Origin: Bacteroidota bacterium
Lineage (GTDB): Bacteria > Bacteroidota > Ignavibacteria > Kapaibacteriales > UBA2268
Direction of reading: 5' to 3'
Length of the DNA: 48,209 nt
Assembly (NCBI GenBank): GCA_024280675.1
Contig: JAJRPT010000117.1
Location: forward strand, 1 to 48,209
The notes beneath the pieces are model-generated. The model was given only the letters and a program-made list of their open reading frames with translations. It made no database searches and was not told the DNA's origin. Numbering within the stretch: position 1 is the first letter of the stretch; every line of letters begins with the position of its first letter. Both the position numbers and the translations under genes were made by a program. Below are positions 1 to 9,246 of the stretch, one piece after another.

Positions 1-2
1 GA

Positions 3-134
3 ATTCACCTCAAGCCAAATTATTTGGCGGGTGGGTATGGACAATTTACCTATCATTTCAATTACTGGGGACCAACGGCTGTAAACCGTGATACTCACGT
101 CATTGTTAAGAAAATGGATAAAGTAGTTTACTAG
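3..134 (+). CDS. narG: respiratory nitrate reductase alpha subunit, C-terminal fragment (gene starts upstream of the window)
   Basis: Frame 3 is open from the window edge: [43 protein letters not shown], with stop TAG at 132-134. The [16 protein letters not shown] stretch is what I recall from NarG C-termini. narH follows 50 nt later. It is absent from the ORF track because no start codon lies in the window. Confidence 0.8.
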   Translation: MHLKPNYLAGGYGQFTYHFNYWGPTAVNRDTHVIVKKMDKVVY

Positions 135-183
135 AAATATTATATAAAAAATTAAAAATAAACAAAGTTTAAAAGGTTTTATT

Positions 184-1740
184 ATGGATATCAAATCGCA
201 AATATCAATGGTCTTTCACCTTGATAAGTGTATTGGGTGTCACACTTGTTCGATTGCATGTAAGAACATCTGGACAGATAGAAAGGGTGCCGAATATATG
301 TGGTGGAATAATGTTGAGACTAAGCCTGGTACAGGTTATCCAACCAAATGGGAAGATCAAGACATCTACCATGGTGGTTGGAAAAAAGACGGCGGAACGC
401 TAAAATTACGTGGAGCTGGCAAGGGCAAAGGGCTTGCAAACATTTTTCATAACCCGAAGTTGCCTATGATCGATGATTATTACGAGCCATTCACCTTTAA
501 ATATCTCGAGCTAATAGAAGCTCCTGCTATGGATGATCAACCGACGGCACGTCCAATATCTCTGATTACTGGAAAGCCAATGGACATTAAAATGGGTCCA
601 AACTGGGATGATGATTTGAGTGGTACGCCAGATTTTGCACGTAATGACGTGAATCTGAAAAAATTAACAGCAAAAGAACAAGAGGCCATGTTCCAACTAG
701 AACAAATGGCATTCTTCTATCTTCCACGAATTTGTAATCATTGTTTGAATCCTGCTTGTGTGGCATCGTGTCCATCGGGTGCGATTTACAAACGTGGTGA
801 GGACGGTATTGTACTCATCAACCAAGACGTGTGCAAGGGTTGGAGAATGTGCGTTACAGCTTGCCCTTATAAAAAAGCATATTATAATTGGAATACGGGC
901 AAGAGTGAAAAATGTATTCTCTGCTACCCGAGACTTGAAAGTGGTCTCGCGCCGGCTTGCATGCACTCTTGTGTTGGGCGAATCCGTTATCTTGGAGTTT
1001 TGCTCTATGATGCCGATAAGATTTTTGACACAGTTGCCTCTTCTGCAAAAGATTCAGACATCATTGCTCGTCAAAAAGAAATGATACTCGACCCATTCGA
1101 CCCAGATGTGATTGCCGAGGCTAAGAAAAATGGAATCTTAGATTCCACCATCAAAGCCGCTCAAGAATCACCCGTGTACAAATTTGTAAAAGAATGGGAT
1201 TTGGCTCTGCCACTTCACCCTGAGTTTGGAACATTACCGATGTTGTTCTATGTTCCGCCAATGCTACCTGTGATGGCATCTATCACCGATGTTGATAATA
1301 CCGAATTAGCTAAGAAAATGGATTCAAAGAGCAAGTTCTGGGATGACAAATGGTTATATGACACAACTACAAAAGAAATATTCGGCTCGATTGAAGACGC
1401 ACGTTTCCCACTCGAATACATGGCTAATTTGTTTACCGCAGGCGATGTCACTATTATAAGAGACGTAATCAAAAAGCTCATGTCAATTCGTATCTACCGA
1501 AGATGGAAAACAGTTGGTGATATTTCCGAAGCAAAGGCAATGGAAGCACTCAAAGAAGTGAATTTCACAGTAGAAGAAGTTGAAGCCTCATATTATTTAA
1601 CATCATTGGCTAAATTTGGAGACAGATTCGTAATTCCTCCAGCTCATCGTGAGCAAGCCATTGAGATGCTTGATAACACAGGTGACGCAAAAGGTTCTAT
1701 GGGCTTTGGTACAAAAATTACTCCTGCAAGGGGTGCATAA
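184..1740 (+). CDS. narH: respiratory nitrate reductase beta (Fe-S) subunit
   Basis: 518-aa ORF with four ferredoxin-type Cys clusters (CIGCHTCSIACK; CNHCLNPACVASCP; CKGWRMCVTACPYKK; CILCYPRLESGLAPACMHSCVGR). It has a NarH-like N-terminus (MVFHLDKCIGCHTC...WWNNVETKPG) and sits between narG and narJ. Confidence 0.95.
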   Translation: MDIKSQISMVFHLDKCIGCHTCSIACKNIWTDRKGAEYMWWNNVETKPGTGYPTKWEDQDIYHGGWKKDGGTLKLRGAGKGKGLANIFHNPKLPMIDDYYEPFTFKYLELIEAPAMDDQPTARPISLITGKPMDIKMGPNWDDDLSGTPDFARNDVNLKKLTAKEQEAMFQLEQMAFFYLPRICNHCLNPACVASCPSGAIYKRGEDGIVLINQDVCKGWRMCVTACPYKKAYYNWNTGKSEKCILCYPRLESGLAPACMHSCVGRIRYLGVLLYDADKIFDTVASSAKDSDIIARQKEMILDPFDPDVIAEAKKNGILDSTIKAAQESPVYKFVKEWDLALPLHPEFGTLPMLFYVPPMLPVMASITDVDNTELAKKMDSKSKFWDDKWLYDTTTKEIFGSIEDARFPLEYMANLFTAGDVTIIRDVIKKLMSIRIYRRWKTVGDISEAKAMEALKEVNFTVEEVEASYYLTSLAKFGDRFVIPPAHREQAIEMLDNTGDAKGSMGFGTKITPARGA

Positions 1741-1742
1741 CG

Positions 1743-2411
1743 ATGGTAAATTATTCTCATTATGAATTATTATCAGTACTGTTTGCTTTTCCAAAAGAGG
1801 GTTTTACAGGCTATGTTCTGAAGGTACAAGATTTCTTACTTGAACATTATCCCGAATGTGCAAAGGAACTAGAAGACTTTGTTGATTATGTTCAGAAAAA
1901 TAATCTACTCGATCAGCAAGAGATTTACGTAAGATCATTTGAAGTTCAAGCAATAACAACGATTGACCTTGGGTATGTACTCTTTGGTGAGGATTACAAA
2001 CGTGGAGCATTGCTAGTCAATCTTAATCGTGAGATGAGAGAGGCTGGCATTGACACAAATGGCGAGCTCTCGGACCATCTTCCATTTGTACTCGAACTTA
2101 TTTCCAAAATAGAGGACGATGAGTTCAGAGCAGAGTTGGTCAAAAGAATACTAGCTCCTGCTGTGAAGCTCATCATTGACGAGTTTGGAGAAAAGAAAAT
2201 GGAATACAAGACCAAGTTCTACAAAAAACAGTATAAAACCATAATCGATTCCTCAGATGAGTACAAGATGATTTACTTGAACGCACTTAACACTTTCTAC
2301 AAAATTCTGAAAATAGATTTTGACATCAAAAATGATATTGTGAGCCTCAACTCCAGCGATTTTTTGAAGTCAGTCAATTCGGAACTGGCAATGGAAAGTG
2401 ACAACATTTAA
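1743..2411 (+). CDS. narJ: nitrate reductase molybdenum cofactor assembly chaperone (TorD/NarJ family)
   Basis: 222-aa ORF starting 2 nt after the narH stop, in the canonical slot between narH and narI. It has an acidic helical composition and a TorD/NarJ-type ..ELSDHLPFVLELI.. motif. Confidence 0.75.
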   Translation: MVNYSHYELLSVLFAFPKEGFTGYVLKVQDFLLEHYPECAKELEDFVDYVQKNNLLDQQEIYVRSFEVQAITTIDLGYVLFGEDYKRGALLVNLNREMREAGIDTNGELSDHLPFVLELISKIEDDEFRAELVKRILAPAVKLIIDEFGEKKMEYKTKFYKKQYKTIIDSSDEYKMIYLNALNTFYKILKIDFDIKNDIVSLNSSDFLKSVNSELAMESDNI

Positions 2412-2449
2412 TTAAAGCAAAATAAAATATAATAAAAATAGGTCGTATC

Positions 2450-3178
2450 ATGAATATACTTGATAATTTTTTCTTCGTAGCATTGCCCTATATGGCAATA
2501 CCAATATTTCTTATAGGGACAATAATACGTTATAGAAATAGGAAATTTAGTGTAAGCTCCTTGTCTTCACAATTTCTCGAAAGTGGTTCTTTGTTCTGGG
2601 GATCGGTGACATTTCACATCGGTGTAATATTGCTCTTTTTTGGACATTTAATCGCATTCTTATTCCCAGAAACATTACTTGGCTTCAACGCCCAGCCAAT
2701 GCGTTTGCTCATAATTGAAATCAGTGCCTTCTCGGCTGGATTATTAATGCTCTTCGGTCTTGTCAGGCTTCTATTCCGCCGTATGACCAACGAAAGAGTT
2801 CAAATAGTGACCACAAAAATGGACATTTTCATTGAGCTATTAATCATCGTGCAAGTAATTCTTGGGCTTTGTATTGCATACTTCAATACTTGGGGATCTT
2901 CTTGGTTTGCCTCTTCGATTACTCCATATTTGAATTCATTGTTCTTGCTCAACCCTGATATTTCCTCAGTTAGTGCAATGCCATGGCTACTCAAATGGCA
3001 TATTATTGGAGCTTACTTAATACTCATAATGTTTCCATTCTCACGCCTAATCCACGTTCTTGTAATGCCATTGCATTATCTAGGGCGACCATACCAGCGT
3101 GTACTTTGGAATTGGGATAGGAGCGAAGTTAGAAACCCTAATGCGGTATGGGAGAAGCAGAGACCGAATAATAATTAA
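2450..3178 (+). CDS. narI: respiratory nitrate reductase gamma (di-heme b membrane) subunit
   Basis: 242 aa with five hydrophobic helices. His pairs sit in helix 2 (FHIGVILLFFGHLIAF) and helix 5 (KWHIIG...SRLIHVL), as in heme-ligating NarI. It follows narJ. Confidence 0.88.
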   Translation: MNILDNFFFVALPYMAIPIFLIGTIIRYRNRKFSVSSLSSQFLESGSLFWGSVTFHIGVILLFFGHLIAFLFPETLLGFNAQPMRLLIIEISAFSAGLLMLFGLVRLLFRRMTNERVQIVTTKMDIFIELLIIVQVILGLCIAYFNTWGSSWFASSITPYLNSLFLLNPDISSVSAMPWLLKWHIIGAYLILIMFPFSRLIHVLVMPLHYLGRPYQRVLWNWDRSEVRNPNAVWEKQRPNNN

Positions 3179-3378
3179 CATTCTATAATAAAAGACATTT
3201 AACTCTTTTATTAAATAATAATTTATTATATTGCAAGTGTCAGAGTAACGAGTCTGAATAAAGCGATTATTTATTTGGTACAAAGTTAAACTGACAAACA
3301 AGATAAACTCTAAATATAGTAAATACGGAAAATACATTTTCGAAATATTATTAACTAATTGTTTGGAATAACTATAGA

Positions 3379-4929
3379 ATGAAAAAACCAGAACTGCTAG
3401 ATTTCGCTCAAGAACGCATCCGGGTATTGCATTTCACTTGGATTGCATTCTTTATCACTTTCTATGTGTGGTTCAACATGGCACCACTTGCCACCACCAT
3501 GCTACGTGACATGGAGTGGCTAACCAGAGAACACATTAAAATCTTAGCTATATGTAATGTTGCCCTAACCATACCAGCTCGTATTGTGATAGGTGCACTG
3601 ATTGACAAATATGGTTCTCGTGTGGTATTTTCTGGACTCATGATATTTTCTGCAATTCCTGCATTCTTCTTTGCATTTGGTGACACTTTCATGCAGTTGC
3701 TCATCTCAAGATTAGTCTTGGGTACAGTTGGTGCTGGATTTGTAATTGGAATAAGAATGGTATCTCAGTGGTTTCCACCAAAAATCATTGGGAGAGCAGA
3801 AGGGTTTTACGCAGGATGGGGTAACTTTGGTTCTGCATTTGCGGCCATGACACTTCCTTGGATAGGGATTTCATTTTTCGGAGAAACATTAGGTATCGAG
3901 CATGGCTGGAGATGGGCACTTGCATTCAACGGTGCTATATCATTAATTTATGGAGTCATGTATCTTTTCCTAGTAAAAGATTTGCCAGACGGCAGGAAAT
4001 TCGTTGGCAACAAAAAAGCTGCCCCGATGACTGTCTCCTCTTATGGCGATTTGGTTCAATACTTAGTCTGGTCAATTCCGCTTGTTGGAGCGATGGCAAT
4101 TCTAACATGGAGGATTAGTGGCGTACAAATTGACGGCGAACCCGTTCTTTCTGCCACAGTCACCACTATCATATACGTAGTTTTAGCACTCGTCTATATT
4201 GCACACGTTTTCAAGACATTACAAATAAACCTACCAATCCTCAAAAAAGGCGTACCAGACAGTGATAAATACCACTGGGGTAGTGTTGCGGCTTTGAACA
4301 GTACATATTTTGCAAATTTTGGTGCAGAACTTGCCGTAGTATCAATGTTGCCAATGTTTTTTGAATCTACATTCCGAACGCTTACCGGTGCCGATGGCTC
4401 GATAATAATGACGGCCACAATGGCTGGACTAATTGCAGCATCATTTGCATTTGTGAATCTCTTTGCACGTCCTCTGGGCGGTTTACTTTCCGACAAAATG
4501 CAGAGCAGAAAGAAAACCATGCTTATTTACATGGTCGGAATAACTGCAGGTTTCCTACTAATGGCAAACATTGCCACGCCCGCACCAGACGGAGGCATAA
4601 TGCCAATGTTCGATGGCATGTGGTGGTTAGTGGTTGCTGTTATGATTACTATATTCTGTTCTATCTTTGTCCAAGGTGCCGAAGGTGCAACATTTGCAGT
4701 AATCCCAATGATTAAGAAAAACATGACAGGTCAAATTGCTGGTATGGCGGGAGCCTATGGTAATGTTGGAGCTGTGGTGTATCTCGTAATTTTCTCGCTT
4801 GTAGACTCAATTACTTTCTTTTATATTATTTCAGCTGGAGCGGCCATCAGCTTCATATACTGTTTTATATGCTTAGAAGAGCCGGAGGGTTCATTCGACG
4901 AGGAGTTGGATCTCTCACATCATGATTGA
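3379..4929 (+). CDS. narK: MFS nitrate/nitrite porter (NNP family, NRT2/NasA-like)
   Basis: 516-aa 12-TM-type ORF with two NNP signatures, AGWGNFGSA and GMAGAYGNVGA. It lies directly downstream of narGHJI. Confidence 0.85.
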   Translation: MKKPELLDFAQERIRVLHFTWIAFFITFYVWFNMAPLATTMLRDMEWLTREHIKILAICNVALTIPARIVIGALIDKYGSRVVFSGLMIFSAIPAFFFAFGDTFMQLLISRLVLGTVGAGFVIGIRMVSQWFPPKIIGRAEGFYAGWGNFGSAFAAMTLPWIGISFFGETLGIEHGWRWALAFNGAISLIYGVMYLFLVKDLPDGRKFVGNKKAAPMTVSSYGDLVQYLVWSIPLVGAMAILTWRISGVQIDGEPVLSATVTTIIYVVLALVYIAHVFKTLQINLPILKKGVPDSDKYHWGSVAALNSTYFANFGAELAVVSMLPMFFESTFRTLTGADGSIIMTATMAGLIAASFAFVNLFARPLGGLLSDKMQSRKKTMLIYMVGITAGFLLMANIATPAPDGGIMPMFDGMWWLVVAVMITIFCSIFVQGAEGATFAVIPMIKKNMTGQIAGMAGAYGNVGAVVYLVIFSLVDSITFFYIISAGAAISFIYCFICLEEPEGSFDEELDLSHHD

Positions 4930-4999
4930 TGTGATTTGTCCAGCGATTAAGTAAAAAAGAAGATTAGTTTTTTTTTAATTAATATAAAGACCTAAATAT

Positions 5000-6604
5000 A
5001 TGAGTGTAAACATAAAAGACTGGAATGTAGAGGACGAAGGCTTTTGGAAATCCACGGGGAAGAAAATAGCCAACAAAAACCTCTCTAGTTCTATTCCAGC
5101 ACTATTGCTCGCATTTTCTGTATGGATTATGTGGGGTGTATTGGCAAAATACATGAAGGAATTTGGCTTCAGCTTTGGTATGCTAGACGGATTGACACCA
5201 GGAAGCCCTGAGTATATAGAGATGCTCAAAGAAATAAACAGTCTCTATTACACATTGCCGGCGATTGCTGGTTTGTCGGGTGCGACTCTTCGCTTGCCCA
5301 ACACATTCTTGATTGCCCTTGGTGGCGGTAGAAATGTTGTATTTATCACAACCACTCTACTCATTATTCCAGCTGTTGGTACTGGTATTGCACTAAGCGA
5401 CATCAACACCTCTTATTTCTTCTTTGCTGTGATGGCACTGCTTTCGGGGTTTGGAGGTGGAAACTTCTCGTCTTCGATGAGCAACATTTCTTTCTTTTTC
5501 CCTAAGAAAGTACAAGGCTATTCTCTTGGCATGAATGCTGGACTTGGTAATTTTGGTGTTGGTGTGATGCAGAAAGTCATTCCAATGGTAGTTGGATTTT
5601 CAATATTTGGTGGAACCGCTGGCTCGATTGCAACGGCAAAAGGTGCTACATTCGAAGGCTTGCAGAATGCGGCTTGGGTTTGGGTTCCTCTGATTGCTCT
5701 TGCTGCCATATCGGCATTCTTCAGAATGAATAATGTATCTACTGGTACTCCTTCGCTTCCTAGTTTTAGCAAAGGATTGTCTAAGACACTTTACATGGTT
5801 GGACTCGGATTATCTGCGGCGGCCGTTGGTGCATACTTGTTGATTGGAGTTGGACTCTCAATGTGGCTTGTACTTCCGCTTGTGATTATTCTGGCTGTGC
5901 TATTGATGAAATATGCTACACCTACTGAAATAAAAGAAAACCTCAACAAGCAGTTTTCTATACTAACCGACAAGCACAACTGGATAATGACAATTATCTA
6001 CATTATGACATTTGGTTCTTTCATTGGTTTTTCAATGGTATTTCCAAAGCTGGCACAAGACATATTTGTTTATTCCAATCCAAATGATCCAAACTGGATT
6101 AATCCAAATGCGCCAAATATTATGCTTTGGGCATTCCTGGGTCCGGTGATTGGAGCTTTGATTCGGCCACTCGGAGGTATACTTTCTGACAAGATAAACA
6201 GTGGTGCAAAGGTAACGATGTGGAGTACAATATTCCAAATAATCGCAGTTTTAGGAGTTGCATATTTTGTAATTGAAGCAAGAAATGTAGCTACACCTGA
6301 GGATTATTGGTGGCCATTCTTCTTCATGTTCATGGTATTATTTATGACCACAGGTATTAGCAATGGTTCTACTTTTAGATCTATCCCTTTTATTTTCTCA
6401 AAAGAGAAAGCGGGACCGGTTCTTGGTTGGACTTCAGCCGTTGCAGCATACGGAGCTTTTGTAATTCCAAGAGTGTTTGGCCAACAAGTAAAAGCTGGAA
6501 CTCCTGAGCTTGCACTTTATGGCTTTGCGGTTTACTATGTGATTTGCCTTGTGCTCAACTGGTGGTATTATCAAGGACCAAAAAGAGAGTTTGACAATCC
6601 GTAG
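5000..6604 (+). CDS. narK: MFS nitrate/nitrite transporter (E. coli NarK-like, second paralogue)
   Basis: 534-aa polytopic ORF. The N-terminus DWNVEDEGFWKSTGKKIANKNLSSSIPALLLAFSVW parallels the E. coli NarK N-terminus (DW.PED..FW...G..IA.RNL..S.P.LLLAF.VW). It also has GMNAGLGNFG. Confidence 0.85.
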   Translation: MSVNIKDWNVEDEGFWKSTGKKIANKNLSSSIPALLLAFSVWIMWGVLAKYMKEFGFSFGMLDGLTPGSPEYIEMLKEINSLYYTLPAIAGLSGATLRLPNTFLIALGGGRNVVFITTTLLIIPAVGTGIALSDINTSYFFFAVMALLSGFGGGNFSSSMSNISFFFPKKVQGYSLGMNAGLGNFGVGVMQKVIPMVVGFSIFGGTAGSIATAKGATFEGLQNAAWVWVPLIALAAISAFFRMNNVSTGTPSLPSFSKGLSKTLYMVGLGLSAAAVGAYLLIGVGLSMWLVLPLVIILAVLLMKYATPTEIKENLNKQFSILTDKHNWIMTIIYIMTFGSFIGFSMVFPKLAQDIFVYSNPNDPNWINPNAPNIMLWAFLGPVIGALIRPLGGILSDKINSGAKVTMWSTIFQIIAVLGVAYFVIEARNVATPEDYWWPFFFMFMVLFMTTGISNGSTFRSIPFIFSKEKAGPVLGWTSAVAAYGAFVIPRVFGQQVKAGTPELALYGFAVYYVICLVLNWWYYQGPKREFDNP

Positions 6605-6638
6605 CTGACCCCTCACACTGGTGAGTATAAATTGTTCT

Positions 6639-6666
6639 TTTGATTGAAATAAATTAGCTATATTTG
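6639..6666 (+). promoter_or_regulatory. candidate Bacteroidota-type promoter (TTTG -33 element, TAnnTTTG -7 element) for the riboswitch/Moco operon
   Basis: TTTG at 6639-6642, a 16-nt spacer, then TATATTTG at 6659-6666. The predicted start would fall a few nt before the first conserved riboswitch nucleotides at 6675. Confidence 0.45.
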
Positions 6667-6671
6667 CTAAT

Positions 6672-6806
6672 AATCTCCGAGCTGGTGAGTGCTAAGTTGC
6701 AGTGATTTGTTTTATAATACAAGACACAAGTGCAATAAGTTTCATTAGCCGATAGGGGTGATGCGATGGAAACGTCCCACCCTGCCAAACTTGCAAAGGA
6801 GATGAG
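6672..6806 (+). promoter_or_regulatory. molybdenum cofactor (Moco) riboswitch aptamer candidate
   Basis: CUCCGAGC (6675-6682) and AAAGGAG (6795-6801) can close P1 through CUCC/GGAG. GGGUG (6756-6760) pairs with CACCC (6778-6782) around a GAUG-GAAA-CGUC GNRA hairpin (6765-6776). A long extra hairpin UUGCAGUG...CACAAGUGCAA lies at about 6706-6744. It sits in the 5' leader of a moa/moe/mob operon. The match is to my recollection of the Rfam Moco RNA motif, not a covariance-model score. Confidence 0.75.
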
Positions 6807-6869
6807 TGTTAAATATTAAGAAAGTGAACTGTCATGTTGCTAAAATGACTTTGTTTTCTTAAATCATTG

Positions 6870-6906
6870 CCTCATCCTTTTTTTTATAAGGATGAGGTTT
6901 TTTTTT
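6870..6906 (+). terminator. intrinsic terminator serving as the riboswitch expression platform
   Basis: Perfect 10-bp stem CCTCATCCTT (6870-6879) / AAGGATGAGG (6888-6897), an 8-nt loop, then T9 (6898-6906). It lies 20 nt before the first ORF of the operon. Confidence 0.85.
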
Positions 6907-6926
6907 AAATAAAATGGGACAAGAAT

Positions 6927-7238
6927 ATGAAAGATAAAATTCCGCCTAGATATTTTCGAGTAAAAGAAAAATATCCAGAAGTGATGAATGCCTACGAAGA
7001 AATGGGAAAGGCTGTTCACGAGTCTGGTCCATTGGACGAAAAGACCCGTGCCTTAATTAAACTTGCAATATCCACTGGAGCAGGACTCGAAGGAGCTGTT
7101 GCTTCTCACTCAAGAAAAGCAAGCTCTGCCGGTGCTAGCATCGAGGAAATAAAACACGTGGCATTGCTTTCGCTCCCAACAGTTGGATTTCCACAAATGA
7201 TGGCAACTCTAAAAGTCATCGAAGAATTGGAAGGGTAA
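6927..7238 (+). CDS. carboxymuconolactone decarboxylase (CMD/AhpD-like) family protein, function unknown
   Basis: 103-aa ORF. The sequence ..LDEKTRALIKLAISTGAGLEGAVASHSRKASSAGASIEEIKHVALLSLPTVGFPQ.. fits the all-helical CMD domain pattern. It has no CxxC. Confidence 0.6.
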   Translation: MKDKIPPRYFRVKEKYPEVMNAYEEMGKAVHESGPLDEKTRALIKLAISTGAGLEGAVASHSRKASSAGASIEEIKHVALLSLPTVGFPQMMATLKVIEELEG

Positions 7239-7245
7239 AGGAAAT

Positions 7246-7764
7246 ATGCTTTATCTTGATTTATTTCTAGCATTTTTGAGGGTTGGATCATTTTCTTTTG
7301 GTGGTGCATATTCTCTGATTCCATTGATTGAAAAAGAGGCTGTGCAAAACTACGGCTGGCTCACACACGAAGAGTTCTTAAAAGTGCTGGCAATGGTAGA
7401 GGTTTTCCCCGGTGCAATTTCTATCAAATTTGCTACATACACCGGCTACAAGGCTGGTGGAATATTGGGTGCCATCGTCGCCAATCTTGGAAACATGGCA
7501 GTTCCAGCCATTGTCATAATGGTAGCCGCATATTTTTATTCTCAGTATTCAAAGAATGAAACTATTATGAAAATATTTAAAGGGGTGAAGTTTGCAGTAA
7601 TTGGGATGATAGTTGCCATCATGTTCCAGTATGCCACGAGAATGCCTTTGGAATGGAAGACTGCACTTCTGATGATAATCGGAGCAGCACTTATTATATT
7701 TTTCAAGCTACATCCAGCTTTTGTTGTTGGAATTGCAGCACTTATTGCATTATTAATATTATAA
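7246..7764 (+). CDS. chromate ion transporter (CHR) family protein, single half-size domain
   Basis: 172 aa. FLRVGSFSFGGAYSLIPLIEKEAVQNYGWLTHEEFLKVLAMVEVFPGAISIKFATYTGYKAGGILGA matches the CHR domain consensus (F.K.G...FGGG.a.iP.i..evV...gWl...eF.d.la.....PGP......f.GY). Several TM helices are present, but only one CHR domain. Confidence 0.75.
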   Translation: MLYLDLFLAFLRVGSFSFGGAYSLIPLIEKEAVQNYGWLTHEEFLKVLAMVEVFPGAISIKFATYTGYKAGGILGAIVANLGNMAVPAIVIMVAAYFYSQYSKNETIMKIFKGVKFAVIGMIVAIMFQYATRMPLEWKTALLMIIGAALIIFFKLHPAFVVGIAALIALLIL

Positions 7765-7768
7765 TCTT

Positions 7769-8770
7769 ATGAAAAGACTAATAGACGGATTCGGGAGAGT
7801 TCACGATTACTTGCGAATATCGCTGATAGATAGATGCAACTTGAACTGTTTCTACTGCAATCCAAAAGACAATATGACAAAGAGCGTTAGGTACAACTAC
7901 AATTTAACAAATGATGAATTAGTGAGACTAATCAGGCTTTTTGTTGTGGGTCATGGGATGAAGAAAATCAGATTCACAGGTGGCGAACCGATGATTCGTC
8001 GAGACATAATGGATTTATTCGAGCGGGTCTCTGAAATCAAGAGTGGACATCCATTCGAGCTAGCACTCACCAGCAATGGCACCACACTTGCTCCTCATCT
8101 CAAAAGATTAAAAGAGCTTGGTCTTGATAGATTAAATCTTAGCCTCGACACATTGGACGCTCAGATGTTCGAGCAAATCACTGGGCATGATAAAATTGAA
8201 CCAGTGATGGGATCTATTGAAACGGCTTTGGATCTTGGTTTTGCACCACTCAAGATTAATGCCGTTGGAATGCGTGGTCTCAACGATGGTGAATTAACTA
8301 AATTCGTTGATTATTTCAAAGATAGAAATGTAAATTTACGTTTTATAGAATTTATGCCATTTGGAAACAATGATTGGAATGATGACAGATTTATATCTTA
8401 TGTGGAGATGAAGGAAATTATTGAATCAGAATTCCCACTCCAATCACTCGAGCAGGAAAAGCACGCCGTGGCAAAAGATTACCAAGTCATTGGACACAAA
8501 TGCAAGGTAAGTTTTATTTCTTCCATTTCGGATCACTTCTGTGATGATTGCAATAGGTTGCGTGTCGGATCTTCGGGCAAGATGAAGCTATGTCTACTAT
8601 CCAATTCTGATTCTGGAGTGAATTTCAGAGAATTGTTTCGCGCAGGAGTCAGTGACGAAGAAATATCTGAGATGCTAATGTCATCACTTCAACTTAAAGA
8701 TGAAAAGCATCCTCCCGTGCAACAACTCGTCACATTTTCCCAGAATCAAATGATGGCAATTGGAGGATAA
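7769..8770 (+). CDS. moaA: GTP 3',8-cyclase (radical SAM)
   Basis: 333 aa with the radical-SAM CNLNCFYC motif near the N-terminus, a second Cys cluster (CDDCNRLRV), and a C-terminal double glycine (..MAIGG). Confidence 0.93.
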   Translation: MKRLIDGFGRVHDYLRISLIDRCNLNCFYCNPKDNMTKSVRYNYNLTNDELVRLIRLFVVGHGMKKIRFTGGEPMIRRDIMDLFERVSEIKSGHPFELALTSNGTTLAPHLKRLKELGLDRLNLSLDTLDAQMFEQITGHDKIEPVMGSIETALDLGFAPLKINAVGMRGLNDGELTKFVDYFKDRNVNLRFIEFMPFGNNDWNDDRFISYVEMKEIIESEFPLQSLEQEKHAVAKDYQVIGHKCKVSFISSISDHFCDDCNRLRVGSSGKMKLCLLSNSDSGVNFRELFRAGVSDEEISEMLMSSLQLKDEKHPPVQQLVTFSQNQMMAIGG

Positions 8771-8772
8771 TT

Positions 8773-9246
8773 ATGAGCAAGTTATCGCATCTAACAAGTG
8801 AGGGGAAGGCAGAAATGGTAGATGTTTCAGCAAAAAAAGAAAGCCTCAGAACAGCTCGAGCAAGTGGTGAAGTATTAATCTCAAATGAAATTTACGATGC
8901 CATTAAAAATAATTTAATGAAAAAAGGTGACGTGCTTACCGTCGCCAAAATTGCTGGGATACAGGCGGCGAAGAAAACATCTGAGCTAATTCCACTGTGC
9001 CACAATATTTTCATATCAAAAGTAGATGTCAATCTTGAATTAAGCGAAAACAAAGTGATTATCAAATCATTTGCTTCGACGACTGCTCAGACTGGAATTG
9101 AAATGGAAGCACTCACCGCAGTCTCGCTTGCAGCACTAACCCTCTACGATATGTGCAAGGCGATTGACAAATCTATGCAAATCACCAACATTAAACTAAA
9201 CGAGAAAACCGGCGGGAAATCAGGAGATTACAAATATGAAGATTAA
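8773..9246 (+). CDS. moaC: cyclic pyranopterin monophosphate synthase
   Basis: 157 aa with MVDVS.K..T.R.A.A and ELIPLCHNI motifs typical of MoaC. It starts 2 nt after moaA. Confidence 0.92.
   Translation: MSKLSHLTSEGKAEMVDVSAKKESLRTARASGEVLISNEIYDAIKNNLMKKGDVLTVAKIAGIQAAKKTSELIPLCHNIFISKVDVNLELSENKVIIKSFASTTAQTGIEMEALTAVSLAALTLYDMCKAIDKSMQITNIKLNEKTGGKSGDYKYED

Noticed and set aside
1-6. The window begins exactly with GAATTC (an EcoRI site).
   Set aside because: This is most simply a cloning or fragment boundary of the source sequence rather than biology. It has no bearing on annotation except that narG is truncated.
6605-6630. A small hairpin CTCAC-ACTG-GTGAG after the second narK stop, considered as a terminator.
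   Set aside because: It has only 5 bp and no following T-run, which is not convincing.
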